Position numbers and translations under genes: made by a program
The notes under the pieces: generated by a model
Told to the model about the DNA's origin: nothing
What the model saw: the letters and a program-made list of their open reading frames with translations, nothing else
Databases searched by the model: none
Source of the DNA: Vulcanisaeta sp. AZ3
Lineage (GTDB): Archaea; Thermoproteota; Thermoprotei; Thermoproteales; Thermocladiaceae
Length of the DNA stretch: 48,593 bases
Direction of reading: 5' to 3'
Assembly: GCA_000960865.2 (NCBI GenBank)
Contig: JZWU02000010.1
Coordinates: forward strand, 1-48,593
Shown here: positions 37,884 through 48,593 of the stretch, piece by piece
Numbering within the stretch: the stretch's first letter is position 1
How the letters are laid out: every line of letters starts with the position of its first letter

Positions 37884-38642
37884 ATGACGCTCCAAAAAGG
37901 CGATTTTGTATTGTTGGAGTATACGGTAGTTGATAAAGATGATAACAGAATCGTGGAGACTACAATCGAGGATAAAGCCAGGGAAGCTGGTGTTTATAAG
38001 CCTGATGAGGTTTATGAGCCACGATTAATAATACTAGGCGAAACAAGGCTCTTTGAACCTCTTGAACAGGCATTGTTTAATGCAGATGTTAATCAGGAAA
38101 TAACAGTTGAAGTACCGCCTGAGAAGGCCTTTGGCCAAAGAGATCCAAGTAAGGTTAAGGTTATATCCATAAGAGAATTCTATAGATATGGCAAGTTGCC
38201 CAGAGTTGGTGATATTGTGGAGATCAACAATCAGCAGGCAAGGGTTGTAAGCATAACGGGCGGTAGAGTTACACTAGACTTCAATCACCCGCTTGCAGGA
38301 AAAACGTTAGTTGTTTCTGCAAAAGTCGTTAAGAAACTCGAGACACTTGAGGATAAGGTTAAGTACATAGTTAAGCAATACATACCGAGGATCGAGCTAG
38401 ATAAGGTCAATGTGTCACTTGGTCAAGATGGTTCAACAGTGACAATAAAGTTGCCCATAGAAACCCTATTCATGGAGAACATGGGGGCCCTCAGAGCAAG
38501 GATAGCCGATGAAATTGGAAATAGATTCCAGGGAATTAATAAGGTAATTTTTATTGATGAGATAGAAATAAAGCATGAAGCCGAGGCCAAAGCTGAGGAG
38601 AAACAAGCAGAGGCCAAACCCGAGGCGCAACAATCACAATAA
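37884..38642 (+). CDS. Long-type archaeal FKBP peptidyl-prolyl isomerase
   Basis: KGDFVLLEYT, PPEKAFGQRD, DFNHPLAGKTL. Confidence 0.93.
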   Translation: MTLQKGDFVLLEYTVVDKDDNRIVETTIEDKAREAGVYKPDEVYEPRLIILGETRLFEPLEQALFNADVNQEITVEVPPEKAFGQRDPSKVKVISIREFYRYGKLPRVGDIVEINNQQARVVSITGGRVTLDFNHPLAGKTLVVSAKVVKKLETLEDKVKYIVKQYIPRIELDKVNVSLGQDGSTVTIKLPIETLFMENMGALRARIADEIGNRFQGINKVIFIDEIEIKHEAEAKAEEKQAEAKPEAQQSQ

Positions 38643-38688
38643 AGTAGGGCCTGGGTTAAGATTTATTAATCAACACCTCCTCACTTAA

Positions 38689-39345
38689 TTGATGTTCAGT
38701 CCTCATCATGAAGGTATTAATAGACTAATGACCGGGACGACAACAGTAGGTATTGTGGTTAATGATGGTGTAGTCCTAGCCACAGATAGGAGGGTCACGG
38801 CAGGCTATTACATAGCTCACAGGAAAAAGGGCGTTAAGATATGGAAGATTGATAATCACGTAGCAGCTACCATGAGTGGTGGTGTTGCGGATCTACAGAA
38901 GGTTCTTGACGCATTAACGGCAATCGCGATACAATATAAGATAGATACTGGTAAACCCATACCAATAAGGTCCCTAGCCAACTATGCATCTTTAGTAGTC
39001 TTCTCAAGTAGACCCTATATCTACTTAGTTCACATGATATTTGGTGGTTGGGATTTAGATGAAGGCCCTGTGATTTACATGCTTGACTTCTTTGGCACAT
39101 TGACCAAGGAGACGGAGTTCATGTCCACAGGTAGTGGTTCACCAACAGCATTTGGTGTTCTTGAAGATGGTTATAGGAAGGATATGAGTATCGAGGACGC
39201 CGTTAGGCTAGCTGTTAGAGCAGTTAGATCAGCAATTTACCACGACCCAGGCAGTGGCGAGGGTATTGACGTAGTGACAATAACAAAAGAAGGCTATAAG
39301 GAGGTAGATTCAGGACCATACCTAAAGGACCTCATTAGTAGATAA
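38689..39345 (+). CDS. psmB: Proteasome beta subunit
   Basis: Propeptide followed by G|TTTVG; DRRVT, SGGVAD, STGSGS. Confidence 0.95.
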   Translation: MMFSPHHEGINRLMTGTTTVGIVVNDGVVLATDRRVTAGYYIAHRKKGVKIWKIDNHVAATMSGGVADLQKVLDALTAIAIQYKIDTGKPIPIRSLANYASLVVFSSRPYIYLVHMIFGGWDLDEGPVIYMLDFFGTLTKETEFMSTGSGSPTAFGVLEDGYRKDMSIEDAVRLAVRAVRSAIYHDPGSGEGIDVVTITKEGYKEVDSGPYLKDLISR

Positions 39346-39355
39346 TGTAAAAATA

Positions 39356-40057
39356 TTAACAGTCTTCATTGATGCGTCTTACTCTCTCATTATAATAATT
39401 GCAAACGTTCTTAAACCCGCACATATTACACCTGGGGCTCCTAGCTCTACAAATATCCCTACCAAACTGAATAAGCCTTAAATGAACGTCCAAGTACCTA
39501 TGTGGATCTGGAGTTAATATCTTCATCCACGCATTACGAATTTCACTATATCTCTTAGACCTAGCAATACCTAGTCTAAGGGATATTCTCGTTATATGTG
39601 TATCAACTGGAAATGCAAGTTTACCTAGGTTAACAAGGATTACATCAGCAGTTTTCTCACCAACACCTGGCAATTCAAGCAATTTCTTACGAGCGTCCTC
39701 AACAGATAAGTTACTCACCCAAGAGAAATCGCCGCCAAATTTCTCAATCACAACCTTAGCAAGCTCCACAATCTTCCTAGCCCTAACCCTATACATACCA
39801 GCAGGTCTTATGGCCTTGGCTATCACTTCCTCCCCGACCTCTATAATACTCTGTGGCGTTATTTCACCAAGCATATTAACGAGATTTTCATAAGCTCTCA
39901 ACGCATTCCTATCGTTAGTATTTTGCGTTAATATTGTAACAATTAAAGCCTTAAACACATCATTACTATTCCTAAATATATACACAGCAGCAAAGTTCCT
40001 AATCTCTATCTTAACATTAGCAAGAACCTTAAGTACCAATTCCTCTGTCAATACCAT
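39356..40057 (-). CDS. nth: Endonuclease III (HhH-GPD, 4Fe-4S)
   Basis: ILTQNT, LPGVGEKTA, VDTHI, C-x6-C-x2-C-x5-C. Confidence 0.92.
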   Translation of the reverse strand: MVLTEELVLKVLANVKIEIRNFAAVYIFRNSNDVFKALIVTILTQNTNDRNALRAYENLVNMLGEITPQSIIEVGEEVIAKAIRPAGMYRVRARKIVELAKVVIEKFGGDFSWVSNLSVEDARKKLLELPGVGEKTADVILVNLGKLAFPVDTHITRISLRLGIARSKRYSEIRNAWMKILTPDPHRYLDVHLRLIQFGRDICRARSPRCNMCGFKNVCNYYNERVRRINEDC

Positions 40058-40062
40058 ATAAA

Positions 40063-40581
40063 CTATCCACCATTCTCCACTTTTAATGCATAAAGCGTAA
40101 GCGCTAGAGCTGTCTTCAAATCGTATATCTCACCTCTCGTTAACATCTCAATAGCCTCATCGAAACTAAGAATAACTCTATCAATTACCTCATATGATTC
40201 AGGCTTAGGTTCACCTAAGTTCTTTATTGTTGCATAATAAATAATGAGATATTCCGTTGAGTATCCAGGACTCGTGAAGCCTTCAAAAAGCTTCTTAAAA
40301 CTACTCACCTCAGCCCCTATTTCCTCTCTCAACTCCCTAATTAATGCCTCGTCCTCGTTCTCCCCAGGCTCAACAACACCAGCAGGTACTTCTATTATAA
40401 ACTTACCTATTACGGGTCTAAATTGACGTATTAACACAACTTTATTATCCTCATAAATAGGCAATATAGCAACAGCCTTTGGAAACAATACTTTCTCGAC
40501 GCTCATCTCATACCCATTGGGCAACTTTATGCGAGATACATCGAGGGTTATACGTCGACCCCTATATATTATCGTCATCAA
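40063..40581 (-). CDS. Nudix hydrolase (ADP-ribose pyrophosphatase-like)
   Basis: PAGVVEPGE..RELREEIG Nudix box, RQFR, SPG, DLKT. Confidence 0.9.
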   Translation of the reverse strand: MMTIIYRGRRITLDVSRIKLPNGYEMSVEKVLFPKAVAILPIYEDNKVVLIRQFRPVIGKFIIEVPAGVVEPGENEDEALIRELREEIGAEVSSFKKLFEGFTSPGYSTEYLIIYYATIKNLGEPKPESYEVIDRVILSFDEAIEMLTRGEIYDLKTALALTLYALKVENGG

Positions 40582-40609
40582 CCCTAGGTAAACTATAACC
40601 TAAATAAAA

Positions 40610-40792
40610 TTACCTCTGAGCTTTAATTTTTCGAATCCACGTCAACTTCCTAGCAGTCCTATTATACTTAATGGCGCTTACAAAACACTTCCTACTACAG
40701 AATCTAAGTACCGTACCGTCTGCCCTAACATACATAATCCCTGTACCCGGCGGTATTGGTCTTCCACAGAATGAACAGGTATAAATCCTCAT
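40610..40792 (-). CDS. rpl24e: 50S ribosomal protein L24e
   Basis: [32 protein letters not shown]. Confidence 0.95.
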   Translation of the reverse strand: MRIYTCSFCGRPIPPGTGIMYVRADGTVLRFCSRKCFVSAIKYNRTARKLTWIRKIKAQR

Positions 40793-41053
40793 ACATCGAC
40801 CATGTAAGTCCACAATTTATAAAGTTTACGGCGAATGGAAGCTGAGAGCGTCTTCACAATTAATGCGTATCTTTACTAATTTTACTTATCATTATGTAAT
40901 ATTAAGGGCTACTTCATTAAACGATTCGCCCACCTAGATGGATATTAGGTATTTCTAGGTCCGTCCTATTTCCTCAGCACTTGTAAGTTTGAAGAATTAA
41001 TTATTTAGAAAATGATTTTTAAGTGAGGTTCTTGATAGCGTGATAGATTAATA

Positions 41054-42850
41054 ATGAGTAAGTCTAATGAAGGTACCATGAATTATAGGCCACCAATAAC
41101 TGTGGTAGTCGGCCATGTTGATGTAGGTAAGACACTAATGCTTGATAAGATAAGGGGCACATTCGTAGCCTATAGAGAGCCTGGCATGATAACACAACAC
41201 ATAGGTCTGTCTTTCATACCCTGGAATGCTGTTGAGAGAATGGCCGACCCATTACTAATAAAGTTTAAACTTAAAGGTAAAGTTTGGATTAATGGCTTCC
41301 TAATGGTTGATACGCCAGGCCACTCAGCTTTCTCAAACTTAAGGCGTAGAGGTGGTTCTGTAGCTGATTTAGCAATTCTTGTCATAGACATAACTAAAGG
41401 ATTTGAGGAACAGACGTACGAAAGTCTTACTCTAATTAGATCCAGGAACATACCCTTCGTGGTAGCTGCAAACAAGCTCGATAGAATATATGGTTGGGAA
41501 CCCCATGAGAATTCACCATTTCTCGATTCATACGAGAAGCAGAGAGAGGATGTCCAAGGGAGAGTTGAGGAGGCTATCGCTAGGATAATCGAGGATTTCA
41601 ATAAATTAGGCATGGACGCCGATAGGTATGATAGAATCAGGGATTTTAATACTCAAGTACCTATCGTACCAACAAGTGCAGTTACAGGCGAGGGTTTAGC
41701 GGACTTACTAGTCGTTTTAGCAGGCCTCAGCCAGAGATTCAATAGGGAGAGGCTTAGGGTTACGTATGGACCTGGAAAAGGCGTTGTTATAGAAATCAGA
41801 GAGGAGAAGGGCTGGGGGGCTACAGCAGACGTTGTTCTCTATGACGGTATTATTAAGAGGGGCGACCTAATTGCTACAGCCGGACTTGAGGGCCCAATAA
41901 CTACCAAGGTTAAGATGCTAATCATGCCGAAACCTCTCGATGAAATGAGAGATCCTGAGGATAAATACATGTTCATGGATGAGGTCAAGGCAGCAGCTGG
42001 TGTTAAGATAATAGCCGATAGTCTTGACCAAGTGATACCTGGCGCACCAGTGTTTGTAGTTCCTAAGGAGTCTTCAGTAGATGATTATGTTAGATTAGTT
42101 AAGGAGGAGGTTTCCGAGGTTAAGATCGAGACTGATAGAGAAGGAGTAATTGCCAAGGCAGATACCCTCGGCACTCTAGAGGCCATGGTTATATATCTAA
42201 GGAGCCAAGGCATACCTGTTAGAAAGGCAGACATTGGTAGTGTGAGCAGGAGGGATGTAATTGAAGCATCCATCGTTAAAAAGAAGGATCAACTCCACGG
42301 CGTTATCCTAGCATTTAACGTGAAGGTACCCCACGATGTTGAAGTTGAGGCTATGCAACATGGAGTTAAGATATTCAGAAACGAGATACTGTACAGACTT
42401 GTTGAAGAGTTTACCCAGTGGTATAAGGAGCAGAAGATGAAAATTGTTGGTGCTGAGCTCGAGAAATACGTAAGGCCTGGAAAGATAAAGATACTACCCG
42501 GTTACGTATTTAGAAGAAGCGGTCCAGTAATTGTAGGCGTTGCTGTGCTTGAAGGCATAATAAAGCCTGGCTACACCTTAATTAGGGGCGACGGTAAGAG
42601 AATTGGCACAATAATGCAAATTCAAGACAAGGGTAAGGGAATACCCGAGGCAAAGAAGGGGATGGAGGTAGCAATATCTATAGAGGGTAATATCATAGTT
42701 GGTAGACAAGTGAAAGAGGGTGATGAGTTATACGTAGACGTACCCGAGGACCACGCAATAACACTAATGACTCAATTTAAGAGTGAATTGACAGAAGACG
42801 AAATAAACCTCCTAAAGGAGATCCTGAGAATAAAAAGACAAGCTAAATAG
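41054..42850 (+). CDS. infB: Translation initiation factor aIF5B (IF-2)
   Basis: [34 protein letters not shown]. Confidence 0.96.
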   Translation: MSKSNEGTMNYRPPITVVVGHVDVGKTLMLDKIRGTFVAYREPGMITQHIGLSFIPWNAVERMADPLLIKFKLKGKVWINGFLMVDTPGHSAFSNLRRRGGSVADLAILVIDITKGFEEQTYESLTLIRSRNIPFVVAANKLDRIYGWEPHENSPFLDSYEKQREDVQGRVEEAIARIIEDFNKLGMDADRYDRIRDFNTQVPIVPTSAVTGEGLADLLVVLAGLSQRFNRERLRVTYGPGKGVVIEIREEKGWGATADVVLYDGIIKRGDLIATAGLEGPITTKVKMLIMPKPLDEMRDPEDKYMFMDEVKAAAGVKIIADSLDQVIPGAPVFVVPKESSVDDYVRLVKEEVSEVKIETDREGVIAKADTLGTLEAMVIYLRSQGIPVRKADIGSVSRRDVIEASIVKKKDQLHGVILAFNVKVPHDVEVEAMQHGVKIFRNEILYRLVEEFTQWYKEQKMKIVGAELEKYVRPGKIKILPGYVFRRSGPVIVGVAVLEGIIKPGYTLIRGDGKRIGTIMQIQDKGKGIPEAKKGMEVAISIEGNIIVGRQVKEGDELYVDVPEDHAITLMTQFKSELTEDEINLLKEILRIKRQAK

Positions 42851-42912
42851 CCAATACGAACAGTTCACCAGGCTACTATAGAATTGGTAATGCTTATAAA
42901 TAGGACAAATAA

Positions 42913-44235
<1,323 letters not shown>

Positions 44236-44304
44236 TTGTTATTAATAACAATTTAATATTTTAAATAAATTTGAATATAGTATCATATATTAATAAAATT
44301 ATTT

Positions 44305-45696
44305 TCATGATTTTAGTATTTTTATTATTAAGTCTTCAGCTTCCTTTATTGGGTATTGTCTTGACAGTTCTATTCTACTTGCCTCCTCACTACCCTCAGC
44401 ATGTATCATACCTGTAAGCATATAGCCAGTTAACCCACTTGAGGCTAGCTCCCTAACTAGCCTAATTAATTCTAGTCTCTCCTCACCGCTTACAGCACCC
44501 CTCAGGTACTTAACTAATAATTGCCTTTCCGTAGGATTCTCAATATCAGCTTCTGAAGGTAGAGTAGCTATTATGCCGCCAGCAATATCTATTACTGACT
44601 TAACAACATCTATGAAGTGATCATTAGAGTAAAGCTTTGCCACGTTCGTGAATATAGGGTTTGGTATCGCAACACCCTGGTCAATAATTGGTGTTAATGC
44701 AGCCGCCAACGCTCCCATTCTCATGATCTCCTTATAAAGGATTATATTCAACAAATCATTCCTAACATGTGGTGCCGTCTCAATACCATTGGCCTTAGCT
44801 ATAAGAGATGCAGCACCTAGATATAAGTTAGCCGTGGCTGATCTATAGGAAATGGCTGTGAACCTGTGGAAAGTTGCGAAGTCCACGGCTAGCTCACCTG
44901 CGAAGTCATATTCACCAAATAGAAACACTCTATCCCACGGTACGAATACATCATCAAATACAGTAATCGTCTCAACCTCCTGAGCCCTACCACCAATAAT
45001 ACCCTTACCAGTATCCCTAACCAAGTACTTAACACCCTTCGTGTCGGTGGGTATTGCGAAAGCAATTGCATAATCCCTATCCCTATCGATCATGGCTCTT
45101 GTTGGTAACACTATCAATTCGTCAGACGCCACGCTCTGCGTAGTATGTGCCTTAGCGCCCTTAACCACAATACCATCATTCCTCTTTTCAACAACATGAA
45201 CATACACATCAGGATCCTCCTGCTCATGAGGTCTCTTCTTCCTATGGCCTTTAACATCAGTCTGAGCCACAGCTATCGTTAAATCATTCTTAGCCACATA
45301 CTCATAGTACTTCCTAACTCTCGAGTAATAATCTGTACCATACTTCTCATCGACCTTTTTAGATACAATAAGTAAGGCAAAGAGCGCATCACTACCAATG
45401 GCTTGGGATATGTTAAACCAACCATAACTAAACATTGTCGTATCATAAATCAACCTATGTCTCTCAAGTAAGTCCTGAGTGTTCCTGGGCACCCTATAGA
45501 ATTTACTTATATTTTCCCTCAACTCCTCATTAAAGTAACCCCTATCTGGGTACTCAAAGAGTCTGGCTGCATGCCTAATAGCAACACTTAATACATCGTC
45601 CTCAAGAAGATTCATAATCTTTCTACCTCTAAAATAAACCTCTGCATTTACAAAACGCCCAAGTCTTCCCAGAACCTCATCTCTACCCCTAAGCAC
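44305..45696 (-). CDS. 4-hydroxyphenylacetate 3-hydroxylase / 4-hydroxybutyryl-CoA dehydratase family protein, lacking Fe-S cysteines
   Basis: AQTDVKG, GIVVKGAKAH, FDDVFVPWDRVF, DIAGG, HAEGS; no Cys. Confidence 0.85.
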   Translation of the reverse strand: MLRGRDEVLGRLGRFVNAEVYFRGRKIMNLLEDDVLSVAIRHAARLFEYPDRGYFNEELRENISKFYRVPRNTQDLLERHRLIYDTTMFSYGWFNISQAIGSDALFALLIVSKKVDEKYGTDYYSRVRKYYEYVAKNDLTIAVAQTDVKGHRKKRPHEQEDPDVYVHVVEKRNDGIVVKGAKAHTTQSVASDELIVLPTRAMIDRDRDYAIAFAIPTDTKGVKYLVRDTGKGIIGGRAQEVETITVFDDVFVPWDRVFLFGEYDFAGELAVDFATFHRFTAISYRSATANLYLGAASLIAKANGIETAPHVRNDLLNIILYKEIMRMGALAAALTPIIDQGVAIPNPIFTNVAKLYSNDHFIDVVKSVIDIAGGIIATLPSEADIENPTERQLLVKYLRGAVSGEERLELIRLVRELASSGLTGYMLTGMIHAEGSEEASRIELSRQYPIKEAEDLIIKILKS

Positions 45697-45759
45697 AAAT
45701 TACCAGAATAAATGTCTCCTTTTAAGTAACAATTTTATATAGAAATCAAATCCCTAAAT

Positions 45760-46974
45760 CTAGGGCTTCCAAGCATCCCTTCTCAATGTATCCACTATTG
45801 TCAAGAGATTTATCTCATTGGTCCCCTCGTAAATCCTCGTAACTCTATGATCCCTCCAATATCTCTCAACATCAAACTCCTCAAAATAACCATAACCACC
45901 AAATACTTGTATTGCCATATCAATAACCTCATTAGCAGCATCAGTCACGAACACTTTAGCAGCACTCGTCATGGCAGCCATGGCCCTCGGGTCTATCTTA
46001 AACTTTATATAATCATCAACATAATAAGCAGCCCTATAGAGTAAGCTCCTAGAGGCCTCAATAAGCGTAGCCATCCTACCAAGCTTCTCCTGAATAAGTT
46101 GGAAATTTATAATCTGCTGACCAAACTGAACCCTCTTCTTTGCATACTCAACTGCTTTGTCGAATGCTGCTAACATCATACCAAGAGCCATAGCCGCTGG
46201 ACCAAGCCTAGATATATTGAAGTACGCGAGAGTCCAGTAAAAGCCTTGGTTTATACCCTTCTCTCCACCAACCACGTAGTCTATGGGAACCTCAACATTG
46301 TCCAAGTAAATCTCACCAACTGGTATAGATCTCTGCCCCATTTTTCCAGTCAATTTCCTAATTGTTACACCAGGCCAATCCGTGTGTATTATGAAGAGTG
46401 TTTGACCCCTATGTCTCTTCTCTGGGTCTGTCTGTGCTAATAATATACCGTACTTGGCAGTTGGTGCATTTGTTATGAATGTCTTCATACCCCTAATTAT
46501 GAACCTATCACCCTTCCTCTCAGCTACTGTATTTAATTGCGTTATATCCGTACCATGCTCAGGCTCAGTATATGCACCAAAAAACGTGTTTTCACCCCTA
46601 TAGACAGGGGGTAAATACTTCCTCTTTTGCTCCTCAGTACCAAAAAAATAGAGCAAATGCGATGAGAAAGTGCCACTCATTATAGCCTCACCCAATGTCG
46701 GTTCAGCCCTAACCAACTCCTCAGTAACCACAATATCGGCAAGGTATGTTGAAAAACCACCACCATTATACTCAGTAGGCACTGACGGAGCCAAGAGCCC
46801 CAACTCGCCAGCCTTACGGTACAAGTCCCATGGAAACTCCTCCTTCTTATCATATTCTCTAGCTAACTCAGGTGTAAAGTTTCTCTGTGCGAATTCCCTA
46901 GCCGTTTTTCTCAAGAGCTTCAATTCCTCCGCATATTGAGGAAACAAATCTAGTACGTCTAATGTACTGGACAT
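45760..46974 (-). CDS. Acyl-CoA dehydrogenase (start MSSTLDV at 46974)
   Basis: TEPEHGTD, GMKTFITNA, KMGQR, RVQFG, QVFGGYG, IYEGTNEI. Confidence 0.93.
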   Translation of the reverse strand: MSSTLDVLDLFPQYAEELKLLRKTAREFAQRNFTPELAREYDKKEEFPWDLYRKAGELGLLAPSVPTEYNGGGFSTYLADIVVTEELVRAEPTLGEAIMSGTFSSHLLYFFGTEEQKRKYLPPVYRGENTFFGAYTEPEHGTDITQLNTVAERKGDRFIIRGMKTFITNAPTAKYGILLAQTDPEKRHRGQTLFIIHTDWPGVTIRKLTGKMGQRSIPVGEIYLDNVEVPIDYVVGGEKGINQGFYWTLAYFNISRLGPAAMALGMMLAAFDKAVEYAKKRVQFGQQIINFQLIQEKLGRMATLIEASRSLLYRAAYYVDDYIKFKIDPRAMAAMTSAAKVFVTDAANEVIDMAIQVFGGYGYFEEFDVERYWRDHRVTRIYEGTNEINLLTIVDTLRRDAWKP

Positions 46975-47257
46975 TGAGCATAAGTTCCACGCCACTCTAT
47001 TAAACTTGCTTAATAAATATCCTATATAATTTATATAAGTAAATATAACTAATTGTTTAGTTAAACGCAGGTCCACATAAGCATCATCTTATTGTTATTT
47101 CTAGTCTATAGAATATCTAATAATAACTTGCTATATATAAATCATTATATTAAATTATTTGTGAAATATTGTTTTACTTTTATCTATGATAATTATAGAT
47201 CTATATATTAATTTGAAACAAAGATCTTAATTTTCATACTGTTGGTTAATTTAATTG

Positions 47258-48593
47258 ATGTCGTCGATAGAGGAGGAATATGTTCAGAAAGCTGAGGAAT
47301 TTTATGACTATCCGTTGGTACTCACGAACCTAATAAGGTGGGGTGCTGATACATTCCCAGAGCAGGAAATAGTTTATGCGCCACCAGATGCACTTAAGTT
47401 AAGGCTCACATTCAATCAATTATGGGATAGAGTCAGAAGATTGGCCTCCGCATTAGAGCAACTTGGTGTTAAATCAGGTGATCCAAAGAGATTAGGTACC
47501 AGAGTAGGAGTTCTTGAGTGGAACTCTCATAGGTACTTAGAACTTTATTATGCTGTACCTGGGCTCGGTGCAGTTTTGCATACGGTCAATATTAGGTACT
47601 CGCCCGAGGACTTAGCCTATACGATAAAACATGCTGGAGATGAGATATTATTTGTTAAGGATGAATTTATGCCTTTACTGCAAGCGATATTCCCGAGATT
47701 AAGATTCCCGGGATTAAGGACCGTGAAGAAGGTAGTGTTGATGACGGATAAGCCAGAGCCACCACAGGTAAAGCTTGAGGGTGTTGAGGTTTACAATTAT
47801 GAGGACTTAATAAAGAATTCAAGTCCATATGATTTTAAGGATATTGATGAGAGGACTGTAGCAACATTATTCTACACTTCAGGAACCACGGGTCCTCCGA
47901 AGGGCGTGTTCTTCACACATAGGCAGTTAGTTCTTCATGCTATGGCAGTGGCCCTATCAACAGCTGCGCCACCCTATGAATTAAGTGTAAGGGACGTGGT
48001 GATGCCTTTAGTTCCGATGTACCACGTACATTCATGGGGAGGTCCCCATACTATGTTCCTAGCAGGTCAGAAGTACGTGTTCACAGGTAGGATGGAATGG
48101 GGCCACATTCTGAGAACTATAAGCGAGGAGAGGGTGACCTATACCTACGGTGTACCAGCCATATTACACCTATTGCTCACGCACCCTGATTCCAATAAGT
48201 ATGACTTGAGGGGGTTAAAGTTTGGCAATGGCGGCTCAGCAATGCCAGAGGGGCTTTATAAATTGGCTAGGTCCAGAGGCGTAATAGTCATTAATGGATA
48301 TGGTTTATCTGAGACTGCACCCGTGGTAGCCCAGGCATTGTTCAAGGCCTCAACGCTTAATTGGCCTGAGGATAAAAAGGAGAATTACTTAATGAAGGGT
48401 CTTAGGCAAATACCATTGGTATTTCTTAAGGTTGTTGATGCTCAGGGTAATGAGGTTCCAAAGGATGGTAGGACTCTTGGCGAGCTTGTGGTTAGGGCTC
48501 CTTGGTTAACACCAGCGTATTTTAAGGATCCTGAGAGGACTAAGGAGTTATGGCGTGGTGGTTGGTTACATACGGGGGATGTGGCTGTTTGGG
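47258..48593 (+). CDS. Long/medium-chain fatty acid-CoA ligase, truncated by the window end (not in ORF track)
   Basis: MSSIEEE...LHTVNIR, FYTSGTTGPPKGV AMP-binding motif, GYGLSET, GWLHTGD; frame open to the end. Confidence 0.93.
   Translation, partial: MSSIEEEYVQKAEEFYDYPLVLTNLIRWGADTFPEQEIVYAPPDALKLRLTFNQLWDRVRRLASALEQLGVKSGDPKRLGTRVGVLEWNSHRYLELYYAVPGLGAVLHTVNIRYSPEDLAYTIKHAGDEILFVKDEFMPLLQAIFPRLRFPGLRTVKKVVLMTDKPEPPQVKLEGVEVYNYEDLIKNSSPYDFKDIDERTVATLFYTSGTTGPPKGVFFTHRQLVLHAMAVALSTAAPPYELSVRDVVMPLVPMYHVHSWGGPHTMFLAGQKYVFTGRMEWGHILRTISEERVTYTYGVPAILHLLLTHPDSNKYDLRGLKFGNGGSAMPEGLYKLARSRGVIVINGYGLSETAPVVAQALFKASTLNWPEDKKENYLMKGLRQIPLVFLKVVDAQGNEVPKDGRTLGELVVRAPWLTPAYFKDPERTKELWRGGWLHTGDVAVW

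Noticed and set aside
47000-47257. Palindromes (e.g. TATAGATCTATA at 47194-47205) in the divergent promoter
   Set aside because: The region is extremely AT-rich, so such palindromes are expected by chance.

Overview
Archaeal chromosomal segment, gene-dense and roughly 40% GC by eye. The gene set (egsA, archaeal adenylate kinase, aIF5B, rpl24e, rps27ae, proteasome beta, deoxyhypusine synthase, TrpB2, ADP-forming acetyl-CoA synthetase) points to Crenarchaeota/Thermoproteales; Vulcanisaeta-like is my inference. Most of the window is housekeeping and metabolic. The standout is a four-gene minus-strand operon (7771-11354) next to tRNA-Asp that looks like a complete donor-strand-complemented surface filament system resembling the Sulfolobus 'thread'. 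It encodes a major subunit, a membrane-anchored protein, a polytopic membrane protein and a tip subunit with the same N-terminal strand fused to a legume-lectin-like domain. Other signals: three C/D-box sRNA candidates absent from the ORF track (two antisense to gene 3' tails), a thioredoxin split by a one-base frameshift, and two genes apparently starting at non-canonical codons (CTG for trpB2, ACG for an unlisted ORF). There is also an XPD helicase/degenerate HerA-like ATPase/wHTH/M48 protease cluster, an aKMT-like methyltransferase fused to a wHTH, and Cys-less DJ-1 and 4-HBD/HpaB homologues. I saw no CRISPR array, rRNA, integrase or transposase. All assignments come from motif recognition by eye; no searches were run.
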